Part shown: positions 25,521 to 38,837 of the stretch, one piece after another | Numbering within the stretch: position 1 is the stretch's first letter | How the letters are laid out: every line of letters starts with the position of its first letter | NCBI RefSeq assembly: GCF_009914755.1 | Contig: NC_060934.1 | DNA: 64,000 nucleotides | Source: the human T2T-CHM13v2.0 reference genome, Homo sapiens | Direction: 5' to 3' (one strand) | Notes under the pieces: generated by a model | What the model saw: only the letters and a program-made list of their open reading frames with translations | The model's database searches: none | What the model was told of the DNA's origin: nothing | Translations under genes and position numbers: made by a program

Positions 25521-28500
25521 TTTGCGCGAGGCCTCCGCCCTGGGATTGGGGCGGGCAGTCGCGGAGGCGCATCCCTGGTGAGCCGGTGGGAGGGGAAAAG
25601 GATGTCGCGTCCCCCATCCTTGCGGCCTCCCGTCCTCCGTCACCAGCCCCCTCCGTCTCCTGCATCACAAGGCCCCGTCCCCGCGGTCCCCCGCGACCCC
25701 CGCACCCGGCCCCGCTCCACCCGCCGTGCTTCCTGCCCCTCCACACCCTCGTCCCCACCCGGGCCCATCCCCCTGTGAGCCCTGGTGCCCTGGGATGAGG
25801 GCCGAGGTCCTGAGCGGAGAGGGTGCTTGTACCAGCCCCATGGTGGCTCGAGCCCACCCCGCGGCCCCTCCCGTGGCAGGTGCGGTTTCTCCACCGGTTG
25901 TCAGCTGCGGGGCCGGGCGGAGACCTCCTCAACCTCCGGCCTTGTTTCAGGGAGGATGGGGTCGACCCTTGCGATCCCCAGAGGCCCCCCATGGCTCCTC
26001 CTGGGCTGGCTGTCTTCCTCCTGTGGGTTCTGATGCCACCTGGGCCGACGGCGTCTTCTCAGCCCAGGGCGGCCGCGCCTCCGGTGAGTTTCAGCTGAGG
26101 GCGCGCGGCCAGCTCCGAGCCTGGCTCCGGGTGCAGCACCGGCCTGGGACCTCTGCTGTCCCGTGTAGGGGTGCCCTGCAAATATGTGATGAATAAGTGA
26201 AGAAATACGTTCTATCTTCTAACTTGCCGGATGTTAGAAGGAAACCAAGCTTATGCTTCTCATTTATAGCTACCGTTAAGGATTGGACAGAAGCTTAGCT
26301 TTTTGGGTGAGACGGACAACAGTGTTTTTAGAACCTTTGGCAAGGAAGAGCTGGAAAGAACATGTATTTGAAAGTGACTGACAGGTCTTCTGGCCCTAGG
26401 GGGCCACCTGAGCAGGTGCACCCAGCTTCCCTCCAAGACAGAAAATAAATTAAGAAGGAGAGCAGGAAGGGCCCCGGCAGACTCCAGACGGGAGGGGGTG
26501 CTGCCCGTCAGGCAGAAGGAGCTTGGAAGGGAGGGGCCGTGGCCATGGGACGTGGAGGTGGAAGCGAGGGTCATCATAGGTCTGCACACTCGGGTTGAGT
26601 CCCCCTTCCCCATCACACACAGGACAGCCAGCAGTGAGCTGCTTACCCCAAGGAGTCAAGGGGGTTCTTGGGCAACCCCTGGTGCTGGAGCCGGCAGTGG
26701 ACAGCACCGCAGCCAGACCTTGCTTATTTTTGGCTCATGAGGAACATCTGTGACCGTTCCCTCCCCTGGCCCTGGGAGGGGATGTGTGACCTCCACTCAA
26801 GACAGCCATGCGGCTCCTCCGGCTGCGGGCGGGGAGGGCATGTTTCCCAGCACAGGCCCAGGACTGCCAGCTGAGAGGCTGGGAGGGGCCCCTCACCCCT
26901 AGACTTTGCATGTGAAGCCAAGCGTGGAGCCTCACAGGGAATCTGAGATGGGAGCCAGTGAGATGGGGGCAGGACCCAGAGGGGAGAAGAGGTCCTGGGG
27001 ATGCTGTGGATCTGGATCCAGCGTGTGGGAGCTGAGGTTCCGGAGTGAAACACTGCCTTTCATGGAAGCACGTCTTCCTGTCACCCATCGGCTTCATTTT
27101 AAAGGATGAAAATGTATCAGACATTCAAGGAGAGCTGCATCACATAAAAGAAAGACCAGGCAAAGAAACGGAAAATAAATGGATTGAGAAATGTGAATGA
27201 CTCCAATCATTCCAATCATTGGAATGAATGGATTGGATAAAACTCCAATCCATAGACTCAGATTAGGGAGATATATTTATATAATAAGAACAGGAAACTG
27301 TGAAGATGAAATAAGACAAAAAAGACACTTTTGAGATTAAAAAATTACTGCAAAAATAAAAAAAAAAAACAACAGAAGGATGGAATTGTATATTTAAGGA
27401 AATGTTTCTGGCAAAAAGGCAGCAAATATGAAAGAAAAGGGGATAGACCCAGGGGATCCATTTTGGGCTCTAACATCTAACAGTTGTTCCAAGGCCGAGA
27501 ACACAGAATGGGAAAAGGAAGGGGGAGGCGGTGCTCCAGCTGATTTTATGATTCCAGAAGCCTTCTATCTTAAGATGTATAGGATGTATCTTAGGGTGTA
27601 TAAGAGAAGCGCAAGAGAAACATTTAGGCTGTTTTATGTTTGAGTAGAGACATGAAAGTTTTAGATAAAGCAGCAGCACAATGAGTCCAGCGGCACATCA
27701 GAAAGCAAATCACCATGATCAGGTCAGGTTCAGGGTGGTTTTATGTCATAACATATGTCAGTGTGCTTTACCTATTAGTGGACCAAAGGCAAAAAATACG
27801 GTTTTCTACAGAGAAAGACAAAGCATTTGATTTCAATCAACATTCGTTTGTGGTGAAACATGTTGAGAAAACTCATCATAGAAGTGAAATGTTTTCTTTG
27901 ATAAAGGCTAATCTCAGAAGACATACGTAGTGGAGAGCTTTTAAATGTATTTTTAAAAATACGAACCAATGAGAAGATTGCCTACTTTCACCGCTTCTGT
28001 TTAACACAGCATTGGCAGAGCTGCCACCAAGAAGAACACAGCACGTTGAAGGCACGGTGGCTCCTGAAGCTGCAGCCCTGAGACCTGATTGTACCATGGA
28101 AGGTGGGGTGGCTCCTGCAGCTGTAGCCCTGAGACCTGATTCCACCACAAGTGCTGCAGCTGGCAGAGGCCACAGGACATAGGCATAGCTGGTGAAACCT
28201 GCAACTGAGGGTGTCGGGGGCTCCTGGGAGAGCCTCCGTCCCCGCTAAGGAGAGGGGCTGCGTAGAACCTGTGTGCTATTGTCCTTTCCCCCTTTTTCCT
28301 GCTGGGAGTGGGACTTGGTGCCGAGGGTGGCTCCTGACATCGGAAGACCCCAGGATGCTGGGTCAGCGGCTAGGCGGGTGGAGGGTGGGGTTGTCCCCGG
28401 CACACGGCGGTGCTGCTCTGCCACTCTGCACTGCTGGGTGTCTCACATCTCATCCCTGTATTAAGCAGGTACTCCCTAGACTTGCAGCCAGATGTATACC

Positions 28501-28578
28501 TTAGATTTAAAAGATGGTAGAATTTCTCTACCAGAACAAAAAATAGCTTTAAAAAATATAAGATAAAAAGCCATTCAT

Positions 28579-28934
<356 letters not shown>

Positions 28935-29076
28935 TCAAAAAGTTATTAAAGAATATAAAAGAAAATCTGCATAAATGGAGGATGCACAGGATATTGTGAA
29001 GGTGACCGTTTGCCACAAATTGATCCATAAATTTAATGAAATTACAATAAAAATCTTTGCATAATTTTTAAAAGAC

Positions 29077-29410
29077 TGTTATGAACTGAACAGTGTCTCC
29101 CTCAAATTCATGCATTGAATTCCCAACCCCTAATACTGCAGGGGTGGGTGCATTTGGAAATAGGACCTTAAAGAGGTGACTAAGGTTAAATGAGGTGAGG
29201 TGAGCTTGATGTCGTTAACAAGAGGAACTCAGGACCCAGACACCCACTGTGGGATGGCTCTGTGAAGACATAGGGAGAAGATGGTGTCTACAAGCCAAGA
29301 AGAGAGGATGCAGAAGAAACCAACCCTGCCAAACTGTGAGAAAACAAATTTTTGTTGTTTAAGCCACCCTGTCTGTGGCACTTTGTTATGATAGTAACAA
29401 AATAGCACAG
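29077..29410 (+). mobile_element. MLT1-type (MaLR) solo LTR
   Basis: tgttatgaactgaa...tttggaaataggacctt...gttaaatgagg...tgtggcactttgttat, typical of MLT1A/B. Confidence 0.7.
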
Positions 29411-31296
29411 AACCCAAAAGTTTCTAAAGTCTATATGGAAAAATAAATGCCTAAAATAGCTATTAATAAAATAATTTTGAAAAAGAAGATCAAAGAAGAG
29501 TAACTCACCATGTCATATTAAGACGTTGTAGAAAGCCATAGTAATAAAACAACCAAGTCTTTGCAAGGATTAGACAGAGACCAACACGAGAACAAGGATA
29601 CCATTAAGAAGCTCATGTAGGAACCTGTCCATGTCTACAGGAATAAAAGAAGATTGAGAATTTTGGAAGAGACTGGGAAACTAAAAGGACAAAAAGGAAA
29701 GTCTAGAATCAAAAAATACATTTTAAAACACAGAAGATTAGACATGGCTAGAGAGAGAATTAGTAACATGGAAGATCAAAATATCCAGAAAAAAAAAAAG
29801 GAGGCAGAGGGTACACTATAAAAAGGCCTGACATGCCATGTAATAGAAGCAATGGAAGAAGAGAATGAGGTAGGTGTAATATTTAAGGAAATAATCACCA
29901 ATCAGTTCCAAAAACTGATGAAAGAAATTAAATCATGAATTCTAGAGGCATTACAAACTCCAAGTGCAATAAATCAAAAAAAAAAAAAAAAAAAAAAAAG
30001 GCATATCTAGGTAAGACAGCTGTAAACCAAACAACTTCCAGAAGCAGGGAAAACTCAAATTACCTGCAAAAGAGTAAAAGTAAGACTGGCAGCTGACTTC
30101 TCAACAGAAAGAGGCAGTGGGTGACAAAGCAGAAATGCAGTTTGTCAAGTCCCTGTCCCAGCGTCACAGAGCTGACTGTGAAGGGTGGTTAGAAGCTAAG
30201 AGGCAGCAGATTAATAATTGGCATGGATAAAAAATAGATACCATGCAAATACTAACTAAAAGGAAGCCAGTATAGCTGTATTAATGCCAGACAAAGTAGA
30301 CTTTATACTTAAAGGTTGAGGTAAAAGCACTACTAGGGACAAAGAGTAATGCCTCTTAGTGATGAAAGGTTAAATTTACCAAGATGATAAAACATTTCTA
30401 AATCTGTATGCACTTCATGACATAACCTCACAATATACAAAACAAAAATAGTAAGAAAGGAGATTTAGAGTGAAAACTCATTGACATAAATTTAAAACAC
30501 AAATACCACGCATCTGTTGAGTACCTCTCTCTCCAAGGACACATGCTGAATGCATCACACTGGGTGGCTGTGATGAGGGAGGTGGGATTGGGGCATGGAA
30601 AAACCGTGAAATCAAGTGAGAGATACCTCCCCACAACCAGGTGCCGCAGCCCAATAGGAAGAGACGTGCTCGGTCAACTTAGTTTCTGCCCTCAAGCACC
30701 AGAGAGAAAAGGCAGAGAAAACAGGTAAGGGCATGTTGTCTATTCATTAGACCCATGGAGTTTTCAATAAAAGGACACAAAATGACATTCCTGTTTCTGA
30801 GGAAAGGGGACACCTGTGTGTTTGGTGGTGCTGCCTGGATGTGCCAGAGCCCTTTGCTCACCTGGCCTCAGGCTCTGCTCTGAGGAGCTGGGACCTCATG
30901 GCAAGGAGACCATCCCTCTGGGCCTGCAGGACTGGGCAGAGTGGCTGGCCTCCATAGCAGCTGTTCATCCGAGAGGGTCAGGGGAGAGGCCGTGAGAGGG
31001 GGCTTCTTGTGAGCTCCAGGCCCAGCTTCTCCTGGGCTGGAGGCTCCTAGCTGCTGTGGCAAGGAGCTGTCCTGGCAGTGCTGAGGCCCAGGTCTGGCAT
31101 CTCTGCCCCTCCACTGCTCAAGGAGATGCTTGCCTGTGGCCACTCTGTGCTCTTGGCAACTCTGGGTGATATGGGCGAGGGCAGGACTTGCTGACTGCCC
31201 TGGTGGGAGAGGGCTGTGGCTGCCTTGGGTGGTCACCAGTGTCTGTGAGCACAGAGAAGGAGGAAGAGGGATTGGGCAGCTCTCCCTCCTGCAGCT

Positions 31297-32179
31297 CTAA
31301 AGGGGAAGGGCCTGGAGGAGTTTGGCCAGGGCCTCCCTGATGTTGCAGTTCCCAGGCAGTAGATGATGGGTTTGAGCAGAGGGATCCCAACCAAGTAGAC
31401 CCCTGACACCAGCTTGATGAGGTTAGAGGAGCCGCCACCCCAGGTGGGAGGCATAGGTGGGGAAGGCCTTTAGCTGCTGGGCCTTTCTGGAATCCTCAGC
31501 GATCTGGCCAGGATGTGGGTGTAGGAGACCGTGGTTGCCTGCAGGGAAGCCGCAAGGATCACCTGGGCTGCCTGAGTCCGCATTTCTATGGTAGTGGTGC
31601 TGGAGCAAGAGAGCCCTAGCGGGGGTGGGATATCACAGAAGTGGTTGAGGACATCGGGGCTGCGGAGCCTCAGGCTGGAGTTGAGAGCCGTGGACACAAA
31701 GGAGGCTGGGAAGCTGCTGAGCTGGGCGCTGATGGCCAGGTGCAGGCAGAGCCAACTGCATGGAGTCCATGATGGGCTGGGTAGTGCAGCAGGTGGCAGA
31801 TGACCGGGTGCCAGTCACAGTCCATGTTGGCCGGGAGGATGCACTCAGAGGAGCTGAGTGAGAGGAAGAGGAGCAGCCAGGTGAGGTGCCCCGAGAAGGA
31901 GATAGATGGTCGTCGCTCGTGCTGGGAGTCCGGCCAACAGCTTTGGGACGGTGACCGAGGTGTACAGGGTCTCCAGCACCGAGAGTTTGGCCAGGAAGAG
32001 GTGTGTGGATATGTGCAGGTGGTGGCTGGCTCTGATGGTCCCCACGACAGCCAGGTCCTCTAGGATGGTCACCACATAGATGATGAGGAGTGACCAAATA
32101 GCAGCCCTTGAAGATGGCGCAGCTCTGGGAAGCTCAGAAAGACAAACTCTGTCATCACAGTATTGCTGGAATTGTACGT
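31297..32179 (-). pseudogene. OR6L2P: Olfactory receptor family 6 pseudogene (probably OR6L2P)
   Basis: Frameshifted OR motifs: NSS..MTEFVFLSF, LHISTHLFL (LHTPMYFFL), LETLYTSVTVPKLL, MDCDWHPVICHLLHY (MAYDRYVAICHPLRY), LNHFCD, KAFPTYASHL, PLLKPIIYCL. Start appears to be ACG; multiple indels. The symbol is inferred from locus context. Confidence 0.85.
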
Positions 32180-33049
32180 GGCCCTCCTGGTCAGGCAAGT
32201 CACTTCTCAGCACTCCAGAACAGTGGGGAGACTAGGCTGTGGTGTGTGATGGGGTCACAGCCCTGCTCCACTGGTGAGAGCTAGGTAAGAGCACTGTAAG
32301 CCCTCCTGGGATCTTAGGGCAGGGGCTCAGGCTCACAGACTGTCCCACCATGCACCTTTGGGACCTGCTGCAATACTTATCTGTCATCCCCACCTCTCAG
32401 CCCAACATGCCCACTTACCCAGAGCTAACGCCTGGCCAAGGGGCCTTGGGACCTGTACACACTCATATGATCAGGTATACCCCCTCTTACACTTATACGC
32501 CCTGAGGTGCATAATCTTCCCTGCCCCAACACACAGGTACGTGGCCAGGTGCACACATATACACTCAGTGCACGTCCCTCCCCAGCTGCACACACACCCT
32601 GGTGCACACACATGCACCCAAGTGCACACCCCCAGATGTACACACAGCGCAAGGGAAGACCCATTCTGCCTGGCGTGCCTTCTCGGGGCTGTGTGCCTTG
32701 GGGCCCTTCCTGGACCTCAACCCTGCTGGCCCCCAGGGGCCAGGGGCACCCTGTACGGGTGAACAAAGCTTCCAGGGGTTTTGCAGAGGGGAGGGAGGCT
32801 CCTCCCCACCTTTTAGGTCCTGACATCTTTATCTTGTACTTTCTGAGCCAGCAAAGGGGCGGACGAGGGAAGGGCAGGAGCTATCCACTCAGAGCCTCCA
32901 ATGGGTCTGTGTGGCGTGGGGTTCTGGTTCCTGGACTTGCCTGCAGTTGGGTGTCTGAGGGCAGGATGGGGGTTGGAGGGTGAGCTGGGACAGTGGTGGG
33001 AGAAGGAGCTCCGCAGGCCTGTGCAGCAGCTCCTCTGGGAGGTCCCCGC

Positions 33050-33650
33050 CCCTCTCGGGGGATGTAAGCCCCAGACCCCTACCTCGCACTCTGCCTCTGG
33101 GTCTGTCTGCGCCTGGGCAGCGGCCGGGTCCCCGTGGACAAGTGGAATTCCTGGGTGACCCTTGACCCAGCCTTCTACCACCCCTTCCTCACCGGCGCTC
33201 GGGGGTCTGAGCTGGCGGCTGCTCCAGGCCCACCTGGTGAGGCGACTTCAGAGACCCCTACCCATGGCGGGGGCGAGGACGGAGTGCTGGGGGGCGCCAC
33301 TGGCCAGCCTCAGGAGATGCATGGGCCCCGCCCTGGGTGCAGCGTGGGCGGCTGCGGGGAGGGGCTGGGCCGACGAAGGCTCAGCGCTGAGGACCCTCTG
33401 CAGCGCCCCCGTCCACCCCCCGCCCCAGTCCCACAGCACCCCGGGCGACGTGGACCAGCCAGCGAGGCACCTTGGGGCTCAGGGCTGGGGCCCTGGGTGC
33501 ATCCGCGCAGCCTCCCCCAGGTCTTCGCGTGGAGACCAAGGTCACGGCGGGCCCCGCCTCCCTCGCAGGTGCGTCTCCCCCGGCCCCGCCTCTACCTGCC
33601 TCCGCTGGTGTTTCTTATTCGGTTCCTTTGTGACCTTGCCCTCCCCACCC
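33050..33650. promoter_or_regulatory. Small CpG-rich island
   Basis: Local CpG/GC enrichment with GC boxes (ccccgccc), outside any recognisable repeat. Confidence 0.55.
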
Positions 33651-36332
33651 CCTATCTGCTCCCCATCCTGGAAGTCTCTCATTGCAAATTTTCACTCCGA
33701 TGGGACTGCCAGAGCGATTTGTAAAGTGCTCTGCAGGCCCATGGAGGGACCCGCTGAGCTGGGAGGCCTCCCCACGCTCTGCTCAGCCGCAAATAGAGCT
33801 TTCCATGCAAACTTCCCTCCCGGTGCCCTCACCCCGGGGACACCAACCTGGGACAGGTCGCAGACTCGAGGCCCTTCCCTTGAGGGTGGGGGCTGCTGAA
33901 TGCTACCCAGTAGGCTGCCTTTGGAACACCCATTTCATTTATTTTTCGATGCATGGCATTTATTCATCTATTTATAAAATAATACAAAGAGCACATGAAC
34001 CTCCCCTCAGCACAGGACATAGACAATTACTAACCCCTGAGCGTATCTCCTCCCCTCTCCCACCCTCAGAGACCATTCGTTGGGATTCTCTGGCTGCTTT
34101 CTTGAAAGCACGTTGATGACCCGAAACACAGGTGGGGCTTTGTTGGATTCAAGCTTCATAACCCAGAGCCCCGGGCTGTGCGCTGTCCTCTAGGTCTTGC
34201 TCTTTCATGTCAAGACTCTCCCTCTTCTCAGCAGCTGCACTCCACTCAGTCGGACACCTGTGTAATATTCCATGGTGTGACTACACCGCAAGTCATAACA
34301 CATTCTTTGTTCACGGACACTTGGAACGATCCCCAGTCCTCTGTTCTTGCGAATGGCACTGGATGACATTCCTGTGCCTGGTTCCTGGTTGTCATGTGTG
34401 AATATTTCTCTTGTAATCCACCCGTAAGAATGGGAATGCTGAGGTCAAACTTTACTCAAAACCTCCTAAGAAAATACCAGATTCTTTTCCCAATGTGGCA
34501 GTACTGCTCCACAGCTACTATGGCTCTCCCACCCTCTCCAGCAGGTGGTCTCGTGGAATTCTCAGTCTTGGCCACTTTAATGGGTGAGAAGCAGCGTCTC
34601 ATTGTGTTGGTGACTCGTATTTTCCTGCTTGTCCCACAGATTTGGTATCAATGTGTGTTTCTGCTTCTGTGTGTCTTTTGTACATTTCTCCCAACGGGGT
34701 CATCTTTTAGTTATTGATTTGTAGGAATTCTTTAGCCCTTTCTAAATTTCTCTGTGGAGGCACAGTTTACACAGTAATGCGCTTAGTGTTGAGGTGATGG
34801 GTTTTGATAAATGTGTGTGTGTGCCTGGAACCCAGACGCATCAGGATGCCAACTTCCGTCACCCCACAGACATCCTGCATACCCTTTCCCAGTTTATCCC
34901 TGACTCTCAACCTTGAGGCAACCACTGCTGAGATTCTTTCCTTCATAGGTTTTGTTCATTCTAGAATGTAATATAAGTGGAACACACAACGTCCTCTCTT
35001 TCGTCTCCAGTTTCTGCTCAGCACAGTGTTTTTGAGGCATATCCAGGGTTTGTTTGTTCCATTATTAGATAGTTTCCAGATGATCTGGAAATGTGTTATT
35101 TAGTTTCCAAATGTTCAGAGATTTTCTGGAGACATTTCACTGTTGTTCACTTCTATTTTAATTCCCTTGAGATTAGAGAACATACTTTGTTTTAAATTTG
35201 AGATTTATTTTATGGCCTAGAATATGGGTCTATCTTGGTAATTGATCTGTGTTCTCCCAAAAGAATGTGCATTTTGTGTTATTGGGTGGCACATCTTGTA
35301 GATGTCAATCAGGTAAGCTGGTTAATAGTGATGTTCAATCTTTATTGAAATCTGTGGTTCTAATTGTGGATTTGTCTCTTTCTCCTTGATGTTATATTGT
35401 TTTTGCTTCATGTATTTTTAGGTGGTTATTAGGTGCATACCTACTTAGGATGATTTTGTCCCTCTAAAGAATTAACCCCTTAATAGTTATGCAATGATTT
35501 GCTTTATGCCTGGTAATATTTGTTGTTTTAAAATCTACTTTGTCTGATATTAACTGCAGCTTTCTTTAAATAGTGCATGATATACCTTTTACCATTATTT
35601 TACTTTAAACCTACTTCTGTCTTTCTTTTTAAATTGTGCTTCTTGTAGGCAGCCTATAGTTGGGTCTTGCATTTTTATTCAGTCTGATAATCTCTGTCTT
35701 TTATTTGTGGTATTTAACCATTTACATTTAATGTGATTACTAATATGATTACACTTATTATCTACCACATTACTATTTGTTTACTATTTATCCTGTCTGA
35801 TTTTTGTTCCCGTTGTCATCTTTTACTTCCCTTTTTCTGATTACATTTTATCTCCTTTGCTGACTATGACCTGTAACTCCTTCTTTTGTTACTTTAGTGG
35901 TTGTTTTAGGGTTAGTGTATTCCTTTAACTTGTCATCCTCTACCTTCAAGTGATATGTTATTTCTTCACGTATATTTTACAAGCTGTACAATAGTGTACT
36001 TCCGTTTCTCTCCTACTGGCCTTTGTGCTACTGTGGTCATGCATTTTATGTTCATGTGTTATAAATTCCACGATAAATTGTTATTATTTTTGTTTATACA
36101 GATACTTATCTTTTAAATAATAAGGAAAAGTGATGTGCATTTATTCCTATTGGCATTCATTGTGCTCTTTATTTCTTTTTATAGATCCTTATTTCCACTT
36201 GGCATCATTTGCCTTTTACCTGGAGGGTTTCTCTAAATATTTTTTGTAATGCTCATGATATATTCCTTCATCTTGTGGTCTGCTCATGATATATTCCTTC
36301 ATCTTTTGTATGTATGAACAATTCTTCATTTA

Positions 36333-36709
<377 letters not shown>

Positions 36710-37132
36710 TTACAGTCTTTAAAACTTTTGGTTCCACTGTTCTCTTGCTTGCATTACTTCTCTTGAGACAATGGCTGCTTTTAAGATTTTCCCTTGATCA
36801 CTGGTACTGAGCAATTTAATTATGATGTGCCTCCGTGTAGTTTTCTTTATGTTTCTTATCTTGAGATTCAATGAGCAACTTGGACTTAGGAGTTTGTAGT
36901 TTCCTTCAAAGTTAGAAAAATTTTGGCCATTAGTTTTTCAAATATCTTTGCTCTCTCTTCTTCTTTGTTGATTCAGTTACATGTATATTAATCTGCTTGG
37001 AGTCATCCAACAGTTGTCACTGATACTCTGTTTCACTTAAAACATTATTCTCTTCTCTCTTTTTCATTTTTTGGTAGTTTCTGCTGCTGTGCCTTGAATT
37101 TATCTTTGCTTCTGCAATTTCTAATCAGATGG

Positions 37133-37439
37133 TTTGTTGTTGTTGTTGTTGTTGTTTTGTGATGGAGTCTTGCCCTGTATTCCAGGCTGGAGTGCAGTGG
37201 TGCAATCTCGGCTCAGTGACAGCTAACCTCCCGGGTTCAAGCAATTCTCCTGGCTCAGCCTCCCAAGTAGCTGGGATTACAGGTGCCTGCCACCACACCC
37301 AGCTCATTTTTGTAATTTTAGTAGACACAGGGTTTCACCGTGTTGGCCAGGCTGGTCTCGAACTCCTAATCTTAGGTGATCTGCCCACCTTGGCCTCCCA
37401 ATGTGCTGGGATTACAGGTGTGAGCCACCACACCTGGCC
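37133..37439 (-). mobile_element. AluS SINE with a (TTG)n tail
   Basis: (ttg)n followed by gatggagtcttgccctg...gagccaccacacctggcc. Confidence 0.86.
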
Positions 37440-37850
37440 CCAATTTCATTGATATTTTCAAAGAACTAGCTTTTGGTTTTGTTGATTTTCTCTATTGCCA
37501 TTTTTGTTTTCTATTTTATTGATTTCTGCTCTGATCTTTATTATTTATTTTGATCACTTTCTGCTTAATTTGTTATTACATTTCTAGTTTCTTAGGGTGG
37601 AAACTGAGGTAACTGATTTAAGACCTTTCTTTTCTTATAGGTGTTTGGTGCTATACATTTTCCTCTAAGTACTGCATTAGTAAAATCCAGTAATTTTTTG
37701 ATATGTTGTGTTTATTTTCATTTCAAAACATTTACTAACTTCTGTTTTGATTTCTTCTTTGACGATGGGTTATTTAGAACTGTATTTTTCCGAAATATCA
37801 AAATATTTCCCATAAATCATTTTCTTCTGTTGATTTCTCTTTTTAATTAC

Positions 37851-38837
37851 TGTGGGCGAGAAGCCATCCAGGTGCTGAGGCAAGAGACTAAGGGCACGAG
37901 CTATTCCAGTGTAATGAAGAAAATATATAGAATAAGAATAGTTATACTAGAAGTAGATTATAGATATGATGATATATGAATATTATTAATCATTAGTTTG
38001 TAGCAATTACTCTTTATTCCAATATTATAATAATCCTCGCTCTACTATTATAACCTAGGAAAAACCAGGCCATACAGAGAAAGGAGCTGAGGGGACACGG
38101 TGAGAAGCGACCAGAAGACAAGAGTGTGAGCCTCTGTCACGCCCGGACAGGGCCACTAGAGGGCTCCTTGGTCTAGCAGTAACACCAGCGTCTGGGAAGA
38201 CGACTGTTACTTGGCTGACCTTGGTCTAGTGGTAGCGTCAGTGCCTAGGGAAGGCACCCGTTACTTAGCAGACCGGGAAAGGGAGTCTCCTTTTCCACAG
38301 AGGAGTTGGAGAAGACTCTACTCCACCACCTCTTGTGGAGGGCCTGACATCAGTCAAACCCACCTGCAGCCATCCGGAGGCCTGACCGTCTCCCTGTGAT
38401 GCTGTGCTTCAGCGGTCACGCTCCTGGTCTGCTTTCATGTTCCACCCTGTACACCTGGCTCTGCCTTCTAGATAGCAGTAGCAGAATTAGTGAAAATACT
38501 AAAAGTCTTTGAAATGCATAGAAGAAAGAATGGCATAAGCTGCCCTCTCTCTCTCTCCGCCTCGGCCACCTGTCCAGTGGACATGTGACTCATGTGACCT
38601 TATCAATCATTGGAGGTGACTCACACTCCTTACCCTGCCCCTTTGTCTTGTATCCAATAAATAACAGCACAGCCAGGCATTCGGGGCCACTACCGGTCTC
38701 CATGTCTTGGTGGTAGTGGTTCCCCGGGCCCAGCTATTTTTTCGTCTATCTCTTTGTCTTGTGTCTTTATCTCTAAGATCTCTCGTCTCTGCACATGAGG
38801 AGAAAAACCCACAGACCCTGTAGGACTGGTCCCTGCA
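37851..38837 (+). mobile_element. Solo LTR13-type LTR (ERVK / HML-4 group)
   Basis: TG...CA termini, 6-bp TSD aattac (37845-37850 and 38838-38843), start tgtgggcgagaagccatccaggtgctgaggcaagagac, AATAAA near 38656; about 987 bp. Confidence 0.88.

Larger units (their letters stand above)
24100..26160. promoter_or_regulatory. CpG island covering the SPRN CDS, intron and promoter
   Basis: Very high GC and CpG density; GC boxes (ggggcggg) and a CCAAT (gattgg) near 25545. Confidence 0.85.

Noticed and set aside
28057-28150. 51-bp two-copy duplication (similar small duplications at 36250-36304 and 40205-40306)
   Set aside because: Ordinary local slippage duplications with no evident function.
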